Positions 50,819 to 60,868 of a stretch of DNA of 64,000 nt are shown here, piece by piece. The notes below the pieces were generated by a model. That model did not search any database and was not told the DNA's origin. It saw nothing but the letters and a program-made list of their open reading frames with translations. Every line of letters begins with the position of its first letter. Position 1 is the first letter of the stretch. Position numbers and translations under genes: made by a program. This DNA comes from Myxococcota bacterium (GTDB taxonomy: Bacteria > Myxococcota_A > UBA9160 > UBA4427): assembly GCA_965250285.1 (NCBI GenBank), contig OZ252299.1, forward strand, positions 5,440,001 to 5,504,000, in the 5' to 3' direction.

Positions 50819-51343
50819 GTGACGTTGTCAGACCTAGCAGCGATCGGCGAGGCCGTCGGCGGGGCGGCGGTCCTCATCACGCTTGGCTACCTCGCGTATC
50901 AGTTTCGGCAGACGGCCGCGATCGAGCGAACGGCCGGCCAGAGAGACCTTCTCAGTCGATGCAGATCGTGGGTTGAGCTTACGATCACCCACGACGGGCT
51001 CTTCGAGACGCTCTGCAAGGTCCTCGCTGACTGGGAATCGGCCACCCCGGCAGAGAGAGAACGCGTCAATGCGTGGGCGCTATCCGCCGCGCTGCAAGCC
51101 GAGCAGGCGCTCTACATGCGAAGGGAAGGTCTCATCAACGAGGCCTCCTATCGCGGCTTCGTCAACGTCGCGGTTTCCATCGCTGCGACTCCGGGCGGGC
51201 GGCACTGGTGGAAGAACGCACGAATCGCGCTGGGCGACGATATCTCTGACTTGATCGACCTCGAGCTCGAATCGCGGCCGACGGATGCGCTCGACTGGAC
51301 GCAGATCTTCTCTCATTGGTCCGAGGAGTCGTCTTTCTCGTGA
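50819..51343 (+). CDS. single-TM protein, YLAxQIRQ family
   Basis: MTLSDLAAIGEAVGG...YLAYQFRQ...PGGRHWW. Confidence 0.8.
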   Translation: MTLSDLAAIGEAVGGAAVLITLGYLAYQFRQTAAIERTAGQRDLLSRCRSWVELTITHDGLFETLCKVLADWESATPAERERVNAWALSAALQAEQALYMRREGLINEASYRGFVNVAVSIAATPGGRHWWKNARIALGDDISDLIDLELESRPTDALDWTQIFSHWSEESSFS

Positions 51344-51501
51344 GCCACCCCATTACCATGCACCGCATGCCGCGCGGTCGGAGCAGATGTGGCAACGCCT
51401 GTGGCCTTCGGCTGGTGGTACACTTTCTGAGTCCAAGGCTTTGGCCGTCGTCGTGCAAGGTCGCGCCACGCCGCTGAACGCCGATTCGTCAGGCCGCGCG
51501 A

Positions 51502-52296
51502 ATGGCTGCCCGATCGATCCCAGCCGAGCGACGATTCACCTTCGACGAGATCCCTGATCTGTACGATCGGGTTCGGCCCGGCTATCCCGAATCACTCTGC
51601 GACGATCTCGTCGCGATCTCCGGGCTTCCAGCCGGCGGTCGAGTTCTCGAGATCGGCTGTGGGACCGGTCAGTTGACGGTTCCCCTCGCCGAGCGGGGCT
51701 ACTCGATCCTGTGTCTCGAACCCGGTCCTGCGATCGCTGCGTTCGCACGGCAGAAGCTCGAAGCCTTCCCGCGTGTCGAAGTCGTCGAGTCGACGTTCGA
51801 GGCGTGGCCCAGCGAACCCGGCGCCTTCGACCTGGTGGTGTCCGCTCAGGCGTTCCACTGGGTCGAGCCAGAGGTGGGCTTTGCCAAGGCCGCCGAGGCC
51901 CTGACCCGCTCGGGCGTGCTCGCGGTCGTCGGCAATGCACATGGCTCGGAGCGATCGTCGATCGATGATGCCGTCGATGCAGTCTACGCGCGACATGCGC
52001 CGACTCTGTCTGGCCCGCCGGTGACACGCTGGTACGCAGAGGGGGGGCCGGTGGCCGAGCTCTTCTCGTCTTCGGGCCACTTCCAGCCGGTCGAACGTCG
52101 TCACTATCCGTGGTCGGAATCGTACTCGGCCGACGACTACTGCGATCTTCTGCGGACACACTCCGATCATCGGCTTCTCCCTCGAGATCAGCGAGAATCC
52201 TTGCTGCGCGCCCTCTCCGAGGTGATCTCGAGTCACGGAGGCACGATCGACGTCGAGTACACCGCGAATCTCTACGCAGCGGCGCGCGCGGCCTGA
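51502..52296 (+). CDS. class I SAM-dependent methyltransferase
   Basis: YDRVRPGYP, VLEIGCGTGQ, AQAFHWV. Confidence 0.9.
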   Translation: MAARSIPAERRFTFDEIPDLYDRVRPGYPESLCDDLVAISGLPAGGRVLEIGCGTGQLTVPLAERGYSILCLEPGPAIAAFARQKLEAFPRVEVVESTFEAWPSEPGAFDLVVSAQAFHWVEPEVGFAKAAEALTRSGVLAVVGNAHGSERSSIDDAVDAVYARHAPTLSGPPVTRWYAEGGPVAELFSSSGHFQPVERRHYPWSESYSADDYCDLLRTHSDHRLLPRDQRESLLRALSEVISSHGGTIDVEYTANLYAAARAA

Positions 52297-52431
52297 CCAG
52301 CGGTGGCCGCGGGTGTGGCTCCGGGGCTGCGATCACGCGCGTGGTAGAGTCTCGAATTCTCGGGTGTCAGCAGCCCCGGTGCCCGGTGGCGCCACGCCGC
52401 TGAACGCCGACCGTCAGGCAGAAGCTCAAAG

Positions 52432-52896
52432 ATGAACTGGGATGCAGTCGGCGCAATCGCAGAGCTCGCAGGGGCCATCGCGGTCTTCGCCTCGTTGGCC
52501 TACCTCGCCGTCCAGATTCGCCAGAACACGAAGTCCTCGCGCGAAGCGACGTATCAGGCGATCGTCGGCGATCTCCAGCAGTTTCGGTTGGCGATTGCGC
52601 AGGATCCCGACATATCGCGCCTCTACCGACAGGGTCTGAAGGATCTGGATGCGCTCTCAGAGGAAGACCAATGGCGTTTCGGCGCGTTGATGCAGACGCT
52701 CTACTCGGTCTTCGAGTCGCAGTATCGCGCTCGCAACCACGAGATCTTCAGTCAGGTGCTCGCCGACATGGCGTGGATCGCCGGCCGGCCCGGCGCGCGG
52801 CAGTGGTGGGGGAAGGCGAAGCGAGTGTTCGACCCCGAGTTCGTTCGCTTCGTCGATGCATCGATTGATGATGCACCGCAGCCAGACTCTGCTTGA
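52432..52896 (+). CDS. single-TM protein, YLAxQIRQ family
   Basis: MNWDAVGAIAELAG...YLAVQIRQNT...PGARQWW. Confidence 0.8.
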   Translation: MNWDAVGAIAELAGAIAVFASLAYLAVQIRQNTKSSREATYQAIVGDLQQFRLAIAQDPDISRLYRQGLKDLDALSEEDQWRFGALMQTLYSVFESQYRARNHEIFSQVLADMAWIAGRPGARQWWGKAKRVFDPEFVRFVDASIDDAPQPDSA

Positions 52897-53131
52897 TCTG
52901 CGCTGTCGTCGGAGCGCGCGTGGTAGAATCACGGCTTCGAAGGCGTGAGCACGCATTGCGGCGAGCCGCCGCAAGCCGCCGAGCGCCCACCGCTCGAAGG
53001 CGACAGCGGAGGTCGAGACGATCGTCGACTATCCCTACCGATTTCGCTTCAGATGGGCTCGTGGCCCGGGGTCGACCGGTCCAGTCGAGCTCGGCGACCT
53101 GAGAGGCCTGATCGTCAGTGCGGGCATCGCC

Positions 53132-53455
53132 TTGGTGCTCGCTCTCATGGTGCTCACAGAGAGCAAGTTCAAGGGTGCGTTCTCGTACTGGGTCGTTTCG
53201 AGCATCGCTCTCGTCGCGCTCCTCGCGTTCTCGACGGTTGCCTTTGAGTACGTCCCCCGCACTTCCCTGGCGCTGGTGGTGCTTCTCTCGCTTGCGACTT
53301 CGCTCGTTGGGCTCGCTTACGCCTTCTCGATGTTCGGGCTTCGAGGGGCTGAGCCTCGATCGGTACCGATTCTCATCTCGATCTACGGTCTTATCGTGTG
53401 TGCATGTGGCCTACGGGTGGTTCGAGCGTGTACGCGCCTCGAGTCTCGCAATTGA
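53132..53455 (+). CDS. membrane protein
   Basis: Hydrophobic ORF; start uncertain. Confidence 0.45.
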   Translation: MVLALMVLTESKFKGAFSYWVVSSIALVALLAFSTVAFEYVPRTSLALVVLLSLATSLVGLAYAFSMFGLRGAEPRSVPILISIYGLIVCACGLRVVRACTRLESRN

Positions 53456-53654
53456 GACGAGTCGACGTGTGCCCTCGCGAAGGCCATGGCAGTGAGCTTG
53501 CACCTGCGAAGGGGGGCCGGATCATTGAAGCTTGGCCGGCGTTCATGCCATTCGGTCGCCGCGCGCTGACCTGTTGCGCAGCAGCGAGACCCGAAGCCCT
53601 GAGCGTCGAAAACCGCTGCACGCGCAGCGCAGCCACAGGGAGAGGTCGCAGGTT

Positions 53655-54005
53655 GTGGACGATTCACTGACCGATGCGCTCGATGGCACCCGCATGGTGT
53701 ACACCTACCCCGAGATGGGCACTGTTCGCGTCGCCTTCGCGGGCGGACGCGTGAGCTTCGAGTGGCTCGCGGGTCCGCTCGAGGGAGAATCGGGTCGTGA
53801 CTTTGCCTACCGTGCACGCAAGGTCGGCGACGATCAGTTCTTCGTGAACTGGCACGAACCCGATGCGCGCGGGTTCGTGACTCTGCACATCGACTTCGAG
53901 ACCGAGCGCGTTCGGAGCTCGGTGCTGGCGGCCTATGCAACCGACGATGAACAGGTCTTCTTTCATGGGGCGGCCATCGACCGCGTGGAGTCTTCTAGCC
54001 GTTAA
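53655..54005 (+). CDS. MoaF/phenolic-acid-decarboxylase-like beta-barrel protein
   Basis: YTY...FEWLAGP...KVGDDQFFVNWHE...VTLHIDF. Confidence 0.7.
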   Translation: MDDSLTDALDGTRMVYTYPEMGTVRVAFAGGRVSFEWLAGPLEGESGRDFAYRARKVGDDQFFVNWHEPDARGFVTLHIDFETERVRSSVLAAYATDDEQVFFHGAAIDRVESSSR

Positions 54006-54164
54006 CGAGCCGCCCATGAAGCCGCCGCAGCAGAGTCGCAACCGCTGAGGCGAGGCCAGGCCGTGGTAGCATGCCTGTTTTCCAAGGCGCTCAGCCGCTG
54101 CGAGCCAGTCTGCCGCACGATGCTGAGCGCCGACTGCTAGGCAGCAGCCGCGGAGTCTCAACGG

Positions 54165-54557
54165 GTGAAGACGGTTGCCCGATTCAGAGATCCGTGGGAG
54201 GCGCACCTTGCGCGAGGCCTGCTAGAAGCCGAGTCAATCGAGGCATTCGTCTTCGATGAGACTGTGATCGGCATCGACTGGCGGTACTCGAACGCGCTCG
54301 GCGGTGCTCGAGTCGCGGTTGCTCGAGCCGATGAAGAGGCTGCTCTCGAGCTGCTTCGGGCCCCGCTCGCAGCGCCAGCCGAGCAAGAGCCGTGTCCAGC
54401 GTGCTCTTCTCTCGACGTGACGCTCAGCCGATACTCCCTCTGGTCGCTGGTGCCCTCTCTCTTGTTCGGCGTGCCGTTCTTCTTTCCGCGCAAGCACTGG
54501 CAGTGCGCCAGCTGTGGGCACAGGTGGGGTCGAGGCCACAAGCAAGTCGACGCCTGA
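54165..54557 (+). CDS. DUF2007-domain protein with Zn-ribbon
   Basis: MKTVARF..PWEAHLARGLLEAESI...SNALGG; CPAC and CASC. Confidence 0.8.
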   Translation: MKTVARFRDPWEAHLARGLLEAESIEAFVFDETVIGIDWRYSNALGGARVAVARADEEAALELLRAPLAAPAEQEPCPACSSLDVTLSRYSLWSLVPSLLFGVPFFFPRKHWQCASCGHRWGRGHKQVDA

Positions 54558-54709
54558 CCGGCTCTCGCAGCGAACGTGACACCGCTTCTGTCGGATCGGT
54601 CGTGGTAGGCTGGCTGTTGTCAGGGTGTCGAGGGTGTTCGGGGTGTTCAGCACCGCGGTGCGAGGTCGCGCCACGCTGCTGAAGGCCGAGCGCGAAGGGG
54701 CGGGCGGCA

Positions 54710-55159
54710 TTGCAGTTCACATCCCCGAAACGTCGCCAGCTGCTCAAGCGTGCCGTGACGACCGTCGACGGCCTTCTTGGTCTCGCCGTGGGGGTGCTGC
54801 TCGTCTACTCACTCAGTGAATGGGCGCCAAACTCGGGTGTCATTGTCTCGAGCTTGGCCATGGCCGTTCTCATCCCGGTCGTCACGACCGTCTGGCTTGC
54901 TGCCTTTAGCCCTCACTCGACTGAAAGGATCGAGGTCGGTGAGCATGCGATCAGCTTCAACTCGTACGGTGACGTGATCAGTATCCCGTGGTCTGCTCTC
55001 TCATCGGTGGGCTCGTCGAAGGGTCTCTCTCGGAGCGTGAAGTTCAGCTCGCTCGAGACGTCAGGCTTCTCGGTTTCACAGTGGTCGTTCTCTTCAGAAA
55101 TCTGGGCCGCATTGCTTCGCGAGATCTCTCTGCGAGCCCCGCACGTCACGGCCACCTGA
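54710..55159 (+). CDS. 2-TM protein with PH-like domain
   Basis: ISIPWSALSSV. Confidence 0.65.
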   Translation: MQFTSPKRRQLLKRAVTTVDGLLGLAVGVLLVYSLSEWAPNSGVIVSSLAMAVLIPVVTTVWLAAFSPHSTERIEVGEHAISFNSYGDVISIPWSALSSVGSSKGLSRSVKFSSLETSGFSVSQWSFSSEIWAALLREISLRAPHVTAT

Positions 55160-55286
55160 CGAACCATCGCAGCAGATGCGTTGTCGATCTGGGTGAGTCG
55201 GGTCATGGTCAAGCTGAGAAGTCAGAGGCGTTGTCAGTGGCTGTGCCAGGTCGGCGCAAGCCACTGAACGCCGACCGCTGGGTGGC

Positions 55287-55784
55287 GTGATGGGCGCTCG
55301 AATCGCTCGCGTACTTGCTTGGGTCATAGTCTCAGCTCTCGCACTGCTCACGAGTTGTGCTCTTGTCCCCGTCGCGCTCTTCTCGATCTTCGGTCAGTCC
55401 GAAGTCGTCAGAGTCCCCTCGCCCAATGGTCGCGTCGACGCGGTTCTCGTCGAAACCAACGGCGGTGCGACCACCTCGTTCGGATATCGAGTGATCCTGA
55501 CACGTCACGATTGGCATTGGCGCACGGGGCGCGAGACCGCGAGCTTGTACGGAGCGGTCCGCTCTGAGAACGCATATGGGGCCAATCTCGAATGGCAAGA
55601 CGAGAATTCCCTGTCGGTGCTCTACCTGAGGGCACGGCGGGCGACTGAGCGGGAGCACCCGACGACCATTGCAGGACGAACCGTCACGACGACGCTCCGT
55701 GCAGGTGTCTCGGACCCGACGGCTCCCTCGGGTGGCATGCTCTACAACCTCGAGGGGCGTCCGCATGACGAGCGGAGCGAATGA
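55287..55784 (+). CDS. membrane-anchored hypothetical protein
   Basis: SPNGRVDAVLVETNGGATTSF. Confidence 0.75.
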   Translation: MMGARIARVLAWVIVSALALLTSCALVPVALFSIFGQSEVVRVPSPNGRVDAVLVETNGGATTSFGYRVILTRHDWHWRTGRETASLYGAVRSENAYGANLEWQDENSLSVLYLRARRATEREHPTTIAGRTVTTTLRAGVSDPTAPSGGMLYNLEGRPHDERSE

Positions 55785-55910
55785 GGGCAGCCGCCTTGCT
55801 TCCGCCGAGGCGATGTCGGCTCGTGTTAGTCTCCCGAGTGTTCGAGGCGTAGGGCCGCCGTGGGCGAGGGCGCCGCGAGTGGGTGATCGCCCACCGCCAG
55901 GTCGCCAGAG

Positions 55911-56333
55911 TTGAACTGGGACCAGATCGAAGCGATTCGAAGGTACGCCGAGAACGCGACGCCTGAAGAGCGGCGCGAGCTCGCCGCTGCGCTGCTCGAA
56001 ATCGACGACGGCGGAAAGCGGGTTGGCTACACCCCGCTATCGCCCGGCACGGTTTGGCTGAGCCGCGCCGCGAGCGTTCCGGCTCTCGCCGCGAATGCGT
56101 ACCTGCTCTCCGGCGTCGCAGTGCATCCACTTCGGATCATCGTGGCCCACGCGTTGCCGCTCTTGTTGGTCTGGTATCCGAACCAGTTCTCGAGCGCCGT
56201 CGGGCACCTCACTCTCTCGAGCTACATCGACCGACCCTCGTCGCCCCGCATCGTGCTGGGCTTGTCGTGGGTCTGGCTGTGTTGGCCCCTGTTGATGTTC
56301 CTCGCACGACTCGTTCGCACCTTCTCGACTTGA
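55911..56333 (+). CDS. membrane protein
   Basis: Fills the interval between decayed attC sites. Confidence 0.6.
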   Translation: MNWDQIEAIRRYAENATPEERRELAAALLEIDDGGKRVGYTPLSPGTVWLSRAASVPALAANAYLLSGVAVHPLRIIVAHALPLLLVWYPNQFSSAVGHLTLSSYIDRPSSPRIVLGLSWVWLCWPLLMFLARLVRTFST

Positions 56334-56490
56334 TGCGCCGTTGCAGCCGAGTTGCGCTCGCTGAGGCGAGATCGCGTCGTGGTAGACTGCCGCCTTCTCG
56401 ATGCGCTCAGACGCTGCGAACCAGGTCGCTTCACGCCGCCGAGCGCCAACCGCTCAACGGGCAGTGGCTTCGAGAACCGCTATGAGAGGC

Positions 56491-57159
56491 ATGATGGATC
56501 CGACACCCACGAGACACGCGCCGAGCCTCATTCTGTGGGGCGGCATCGGCTGGATCGTCTTCTACGTCGCAAGCTTCGCCGCGCTGGGGCAGGATCCTCC
56601 GACGGTGGAATCGACCGGTGCCGAGATCGTCGCCTGGTTCACCAACAACGGAACGGCCGCTCAGATCTACGCATGGACGGCTGCGTTCGCGGCCCTCGGG
56701 CTGACCGTGTTCGGCGCCATGCTGACGGGGCTGCTTCCCAGCCCGCACCGCTACATCCTGTTCGGCGGCGTGCTCATGTGGGTCGTCACGGGGATGGTGC
56801 AGGCTTGGTTCTGGGCCGGGTTGGCATTTCGTCCGGAGAATCTCGATCCGGCCGTGGCTGAGCTTCTGTTCGTCATTCCGCAGTACTGGGGGCCCGTGAT
56901 CAACGGCTCGACCATGACGATGGCGTTGCCCTTCATCCTGCTCGGGTTCGGGGCGAATGCGACGATTCCTCGCTGGTTCGCCTGGCTCAGCGTCGCACTC
57001 TTCGTCGAGCAGGCGATCGAGACGATCACTGTGTTCGGGCGAAGCGGCTTTCTGGCACCGGGGGGTGCGATGAACCTCTATCTGGGCGGCTCGATCGGAC
57101 TGGCCTGGGTCGTTGGAGCCCTGGTTTGGGGCCATCGAGCGTGGCAGGCGCGAAGCTGA
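56491..57159 (+). CDS. multi-TM membrane protein
   Basis: About 6 TM segments. Confidence 0.75.
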   Translation: MMDPTPTRHAPSLILWGGIGWIVFYVASFAALGQDPPTVESTGAEIVAWFTNNGTAAQIYAWTAAFAALGLTVFGAMLTGLLPSPHRYILFGGVLMWVVTGMVQAWFWAGLAFRPENLDPAVAELLFVIPQYWGPVINGSTMTMALPFILLGFGANATIPRWFAWLSVALFVEQAIETITVFGRSGFLAPGGAMNLYLGGSIGLAWVVGALVWGHRAWQARS

Positions 57160-57673
57160 GCTCGGTTTCGCATGTGACTCGATCGCGTGCTGAAGCAGAG
57201 TGACCCGCCCGAGCAGCCGTCTCATCGAATCAGCGATCGGTCGTTTCGATTCGATCTGGCTGCGAGTGGCCCCAGACTCTCTCGGGCTGGGGCAGGACAG
57301 GTCGTCGCGTTTTGCTTCGCCCTGACCGCCGGTCGTTGAGCGGTATGGACGAAGCCGAGACAGAAAGAGTCGAGGGAAACCCGTGGGCGTGGCTCGGTGC
57401 CGGGGCCTTCGCGCGTGGATCGGGCCTCTTCTGTCTCTACGTCGAATCAGTCGCCGAGATCATCTCCGCACAGCCGCTGACGTAGCCGTGACGAGCCACT
57501 CGACGACATGCGGAAGCGGGCGAGCACACCACGGCTTCGATTGACCTCGGGTGCCGACTGGGGCGATACTTGATTTTCAGGATCGGGGCCGGTCAGCGCT
57601 GTGGCGGGCCGCCGAACGCCGATTCGTCGAGCCCCGCCCGTCTTCGCGGGCAGTGGATGAAGAAGTCGAGACC

Positions 57674-58099
57674 GTGCAGTTCGATTCACTCGTCTACCCC
57701 ATGTTCGCCATGGTCATCCTCACGGCCCTGACCCTCTTTCGCCTCTTCGCGGGGCGCATGTCGGCCGTTCGTTCAGGGGCAGCCGACGCCCGGTACTTCA
57801 AGACGTATCAGGAGGGCGGCGAGCCTGTTGCGACGGCCCAGCTCTCTCGAAACTTTTCGAACCTCTTCGAGGCGCCGACGCTCTTCTACGTCGCCTGCCT
57901 GGCCGCCATGATTGCGGCGCCGTCTTCGACCGCAGTACTGGTGCTCGCATGGCTCTACGTCGTGTCGCGGGTGGCCCACACCTGGGTCCACACGACGAGC
58001 AACACGCTCAATCACCGGATCGCCGCATACTTCGCGAGCTGGGCGGTGCTCTTGGCGCTCTGGCTGGCGGTCGTGTGGGCGGTCGCAAGTCAACCCTAG
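57674..58099 (+). CDS. MAPEG family protein
   Basis: RNFSNLFEAPTLFY...LAWLYVVSRVAH. Confidence 0.85.
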   Translation: MQFDSLVYPMFAMVILTALTLFRLFAGRMSAVRSGAADARYFKTYQEGGEPVATAQLSRNFSNLFEAPTLFYVACLAAMIAAPSSTAVLVLAWLYVVSRVAHTWVHTTSNTLNHRIAAYFASWAVLLALWLAVVWAVASQP

Positions 58100-58271
58100 T
58101 CGGGTACGGCCCTCTTGGCGGCGGGGAACCCGGCCGGTGGGCTCGCCGATTGCGCTTCGACATCGAGCGCATCGGTCGGGGGTCGGGTTTCGAGAACCGA
58201 GGCGTCGCCGGCTGCCGTGCCACGTCGGCTCGAGCCGCTGGGCGCCGGTGCATCATGCGGCAGGGCCCTCC

Positions 58272-58751
58272 ATGAACTGGGAAGCTGTGGGTGCGATCGC
58301 CGAGCTGCTCGGCGCGCTCGGTGTCATCGCGACACTCGTCTATCTCGCGCGACAGATCAGCGTGAACACGTCCACGGTGCGTGCGTCGGCCGCAGCGTCT
58401 CTGTCCGAAGCGAACACGGGCCTGTCGGCGCTGTTGGCTCAAGATGCCGAAGTCAACCGCCTCTTCTGGAGCTGTCTCACGGATCGAGACAGCCTCTCGG
58501 AACCAGAGAAGCTTCGATCGGATGCCATCATCGCGACCTTCCTCGGCGTGATCGAGCAGTCTCACGACTTCTACGCCGAAGGCGCGATCACGGACGAGAA
58601 GCGCGAAGCGCGCGAGCTGCAGCTCGCCTGGCTGGTGACGCAGCCCGGGTTCTCGGCCTTCTGGGACGCGTACGGTCCGACGTACGCTCGGTCGTTTGCA
58701 GCGCTCGTCGAGCGAGCGCAACAGAGCGGGCCACGGGCGTCCGCCTCGTGA
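58272..58751 (+). CDS. single-TM protein, YLAxQIRQ family
   Basis: MNWEAVGAIAELLG...YLARQI...PGFSAFW. Confidence 0.8.
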   Translation: MNWEAVGAIAELLGALGVIATLVYLARQISVNTSTVRASAAASLSEANTGLSALLAQDAEVNRLFWSCLTDRDSLSEPEKLRSDAIIATFLGVIEQSHDFYAEGAITDEKREARELQLAWLVTQPGFSAFWDAYGPTYARSFAALVERAQQSGPRASAS

Positions 58752-58881
58752 GACCGGCCGCAGCGTCGATGGCCGCCCCGGCGACGGGTCGATGGTGGTA
58801 CGCTCGCCGACCGAGCGGCTTCGGCCGTCGTGGTGCAAAGTTGTGCCCCGACGCCGAGCGCTGATCTGCGAGGGAGCGAGC

Positions 58882-59376
58882 GTGCACCCCGGCGATGTTC
58901 TCTCTCTGACGATCGAAGTCAGCATCGCCATCGCCGGGTTCTCGGGCATCGTCGTCGTGCTCGGGCGAAGGCAGGCCGGCGAGTGGACATCCGTCGACCG
59001 GCTGCGACTGAGGGGGCTGCTCAACGCGAGCTTTGCGCCGATCGGAATCTCGGGCTTCGCGCTCGTGCTTCTCGCGTCTGATCTGCCGGCGGAGACCGTC
59101 TGGAGAGTCGCGAGCGCGCTCTACGCAGCGCTCTTCGTTCTGTTCTTCTCTCACGGCATGCGGCAGGCATCCAATCTTCCACAGGGCGAGGTCAATCGGT
59201 TGCATCTGGTCGTCGTCGGTTGCTCGGGTGTGGCCGTCAGCCTGCTGCTCGTCGTCAACGCGGTCTCGCTCGCCGTGTTCTGGCCCATGGCGGTCGCCCT
59301 GGGGTTTCAGCTCGTGCTGGCGCTGGTCAACTTCGTCGGTCTGCTGAACCGGGCCGTCTCTGCGAACCCCGACTGA
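58882..59376 (+). CDS. membrane protein, AGFSG family
   Basis: EVSIAIAGFSGIVVVLGRR. Confidence 0.75.
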   Translation: MHPGDVLSLTIEVSIAIAGFSGIVVVLGRRQAGEWTSVDRLRLRGLLNASFAPIGISGFALVLLASDLPAETVWRVASALYAALFVLFFSHGMRQASNLPQGEVNRLHLVVVGCSGVAVSLLLVVNAVSLAVFWPMAVALGFQLVLALVNFVGLLNRAVSANPD

Positions 59377-59681
59377 CGCGCCGATGCGGCGGGCGTCGCA
59401 TCGCTCTTCGGGCGGTTGGGGGGGCAAGTCGCGGCTCTCGAGGCTTCGTTCGACGCGGTGCAGGGCCGTGCCCCACCACCGTTCTCGCCCATCGACTCGA
59501 GCGCGGCGAGCTCGATCCTTGGCTCGATCTCGTGCCTGCGTGTCGAGCCTCTGCACTGCTGGTGCTTCTGACTGCGTCCGATCACGTCGTGGTAGCGTCT
59601 CGACTCTCGAGGCGTCGACCGTCGCTGCGCCAGGTGAGCGAGCGACGCGGTCGCCGACCGTCAGACGGTGCGATTCGGCCC

Positions 59682-60107
59682 ATGCGAACGGAGCTGACCG
59701 CTCGACCGAGCACGGTGTGGGTGTACTCGGCGATGTGCCTCACGGTTGCCGTCGTGATGCCCATCATCGATCCGTTTCTTCTGCTCGCGACCGTGGTCTT
59801 CGTGCCGCTGGGTCTCTCGGGTCTTCTCTTCTGGCGAGTCTCGATGGATGAGTCGGGCTTCACGGCCGAACGCCGCGGCCGCGTGATCTCGTTCCCGTTC
59901 GAGAAAGTCGCGTACGTATCCGAAGGGGCCATTGGTCTGCCCCACCTCGTGCTCGTTCTGGAGCTGGGCGTAGGCGTCGATCAGATCCGATTTCTGCCCG
60001 AACCGAGCCATGGCCGAATCTGGTGGGGCCACCATCGTCTGCAACAGCAGCTGAGTGACATCATCGAAGCGAGTCGGGATCGGGCTGAGGGTTCGGCCGA
60101 CGCCTAG
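59682..60107 (+). CDS. 2-TM protein with PH-like domain
   Basis: ISFPFEKV. Confidence 0.6.
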   Translation: MRTELTARPSTVWVYSAMCLTVAVVMPIIDPFLLLATVVFVPLGLSGLLFWRVSMDESGFTAERRGRVISFPFEKVAYVSEGAIGLPHLVLVLELGVGVDQIRFLPEPSHGRIWWGHHRLQQQLSDIIEASRDRAEGSADA

Positions 60108-60240
60108 CGGGTGTTTGCACTGGGCTCGCCAGCGCTCAAACGACATGGGTCGTGGTAGACTTTTCCGCGTCCAAGGCGTGCACGGTCGCTGTGCCAGACG
60201 GGCGCGAGCTGCTGAACGCCGACTCGCCAGGCAGCCGAAC

Positions 60241-60741
60241 GTGACGATTCAAGATCTCGGGAGCATCGGCGAGTTCGTGGCGGCGATCGCCACCCTCGTG
60301 ACGCTCGGCTACCTCGCGATTCAGATTCGTCAGCTCTCGAAGGCGACCCGGGCCGAAGCGGCGCGCGGGACCCGGGACAATGACCCGGTTGTTCTCGCGC
60401 TTGCGCAGGACCCGGCTCTCAACGAACTCTTCGTCACGGGGTTGAGCCGTCATGAAGACCTGACGCCCCTCGATCAGGCGAGATTCGCATGGGTTCTGGG
60501 TTTGATCGTCGGCGCGGCGTCGCGCAACTATCACGATGTGACGCTCGGGATCCTCGACGAACGCCACTTCATGGAGAACGCGCGCGGTCAGCTGATGTTC
60601 CTCGAAACCAGCGGGGGCGCCGAGTTCTGGCGCCGGTTCTCACACACGCTTCCGCCGGCGTTTCGTGCCTTCGTCGAACGCGAGCTCGATATCAAGAGGA
60701 CGGCACCAGGCCCAGGCGCCGAGCTCGAGTCGACCGCCTAG
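60241..60741 (+). CDS. single-TM protein, YLAxQIRQ family
   Basis: MTIQDLGSIGEFVAA...YLAIQIRQ...GGAEFW. Confidence 0.8.
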   Translation: MTIQDLGSIGEFVAAIATLVTLGYLAIQIRQLSKATRAEAARGTRDNDPVVLALAQDPALNELFVTGLSRHEDLTPLDQARFAWVLGLIVGAASRNYHDVTLGILDERHFMENARGQLMFLETSGGAEFWRRFSHTLPPAFRAFVERELDIKRTAPGPGAELESTA

Positions 60742-60868
60742 CGAAGGGTTGCCGCGGGTCGGGTCACGCGATGGCGGCTGCTCTCGGTAGAATGTCGGTG
60801 TTCCAATCTTCGACGGTCCGGCGCAGGACCTTGTGCTGCCGCCGAACGCCGACTGCGAGGCACCATCC

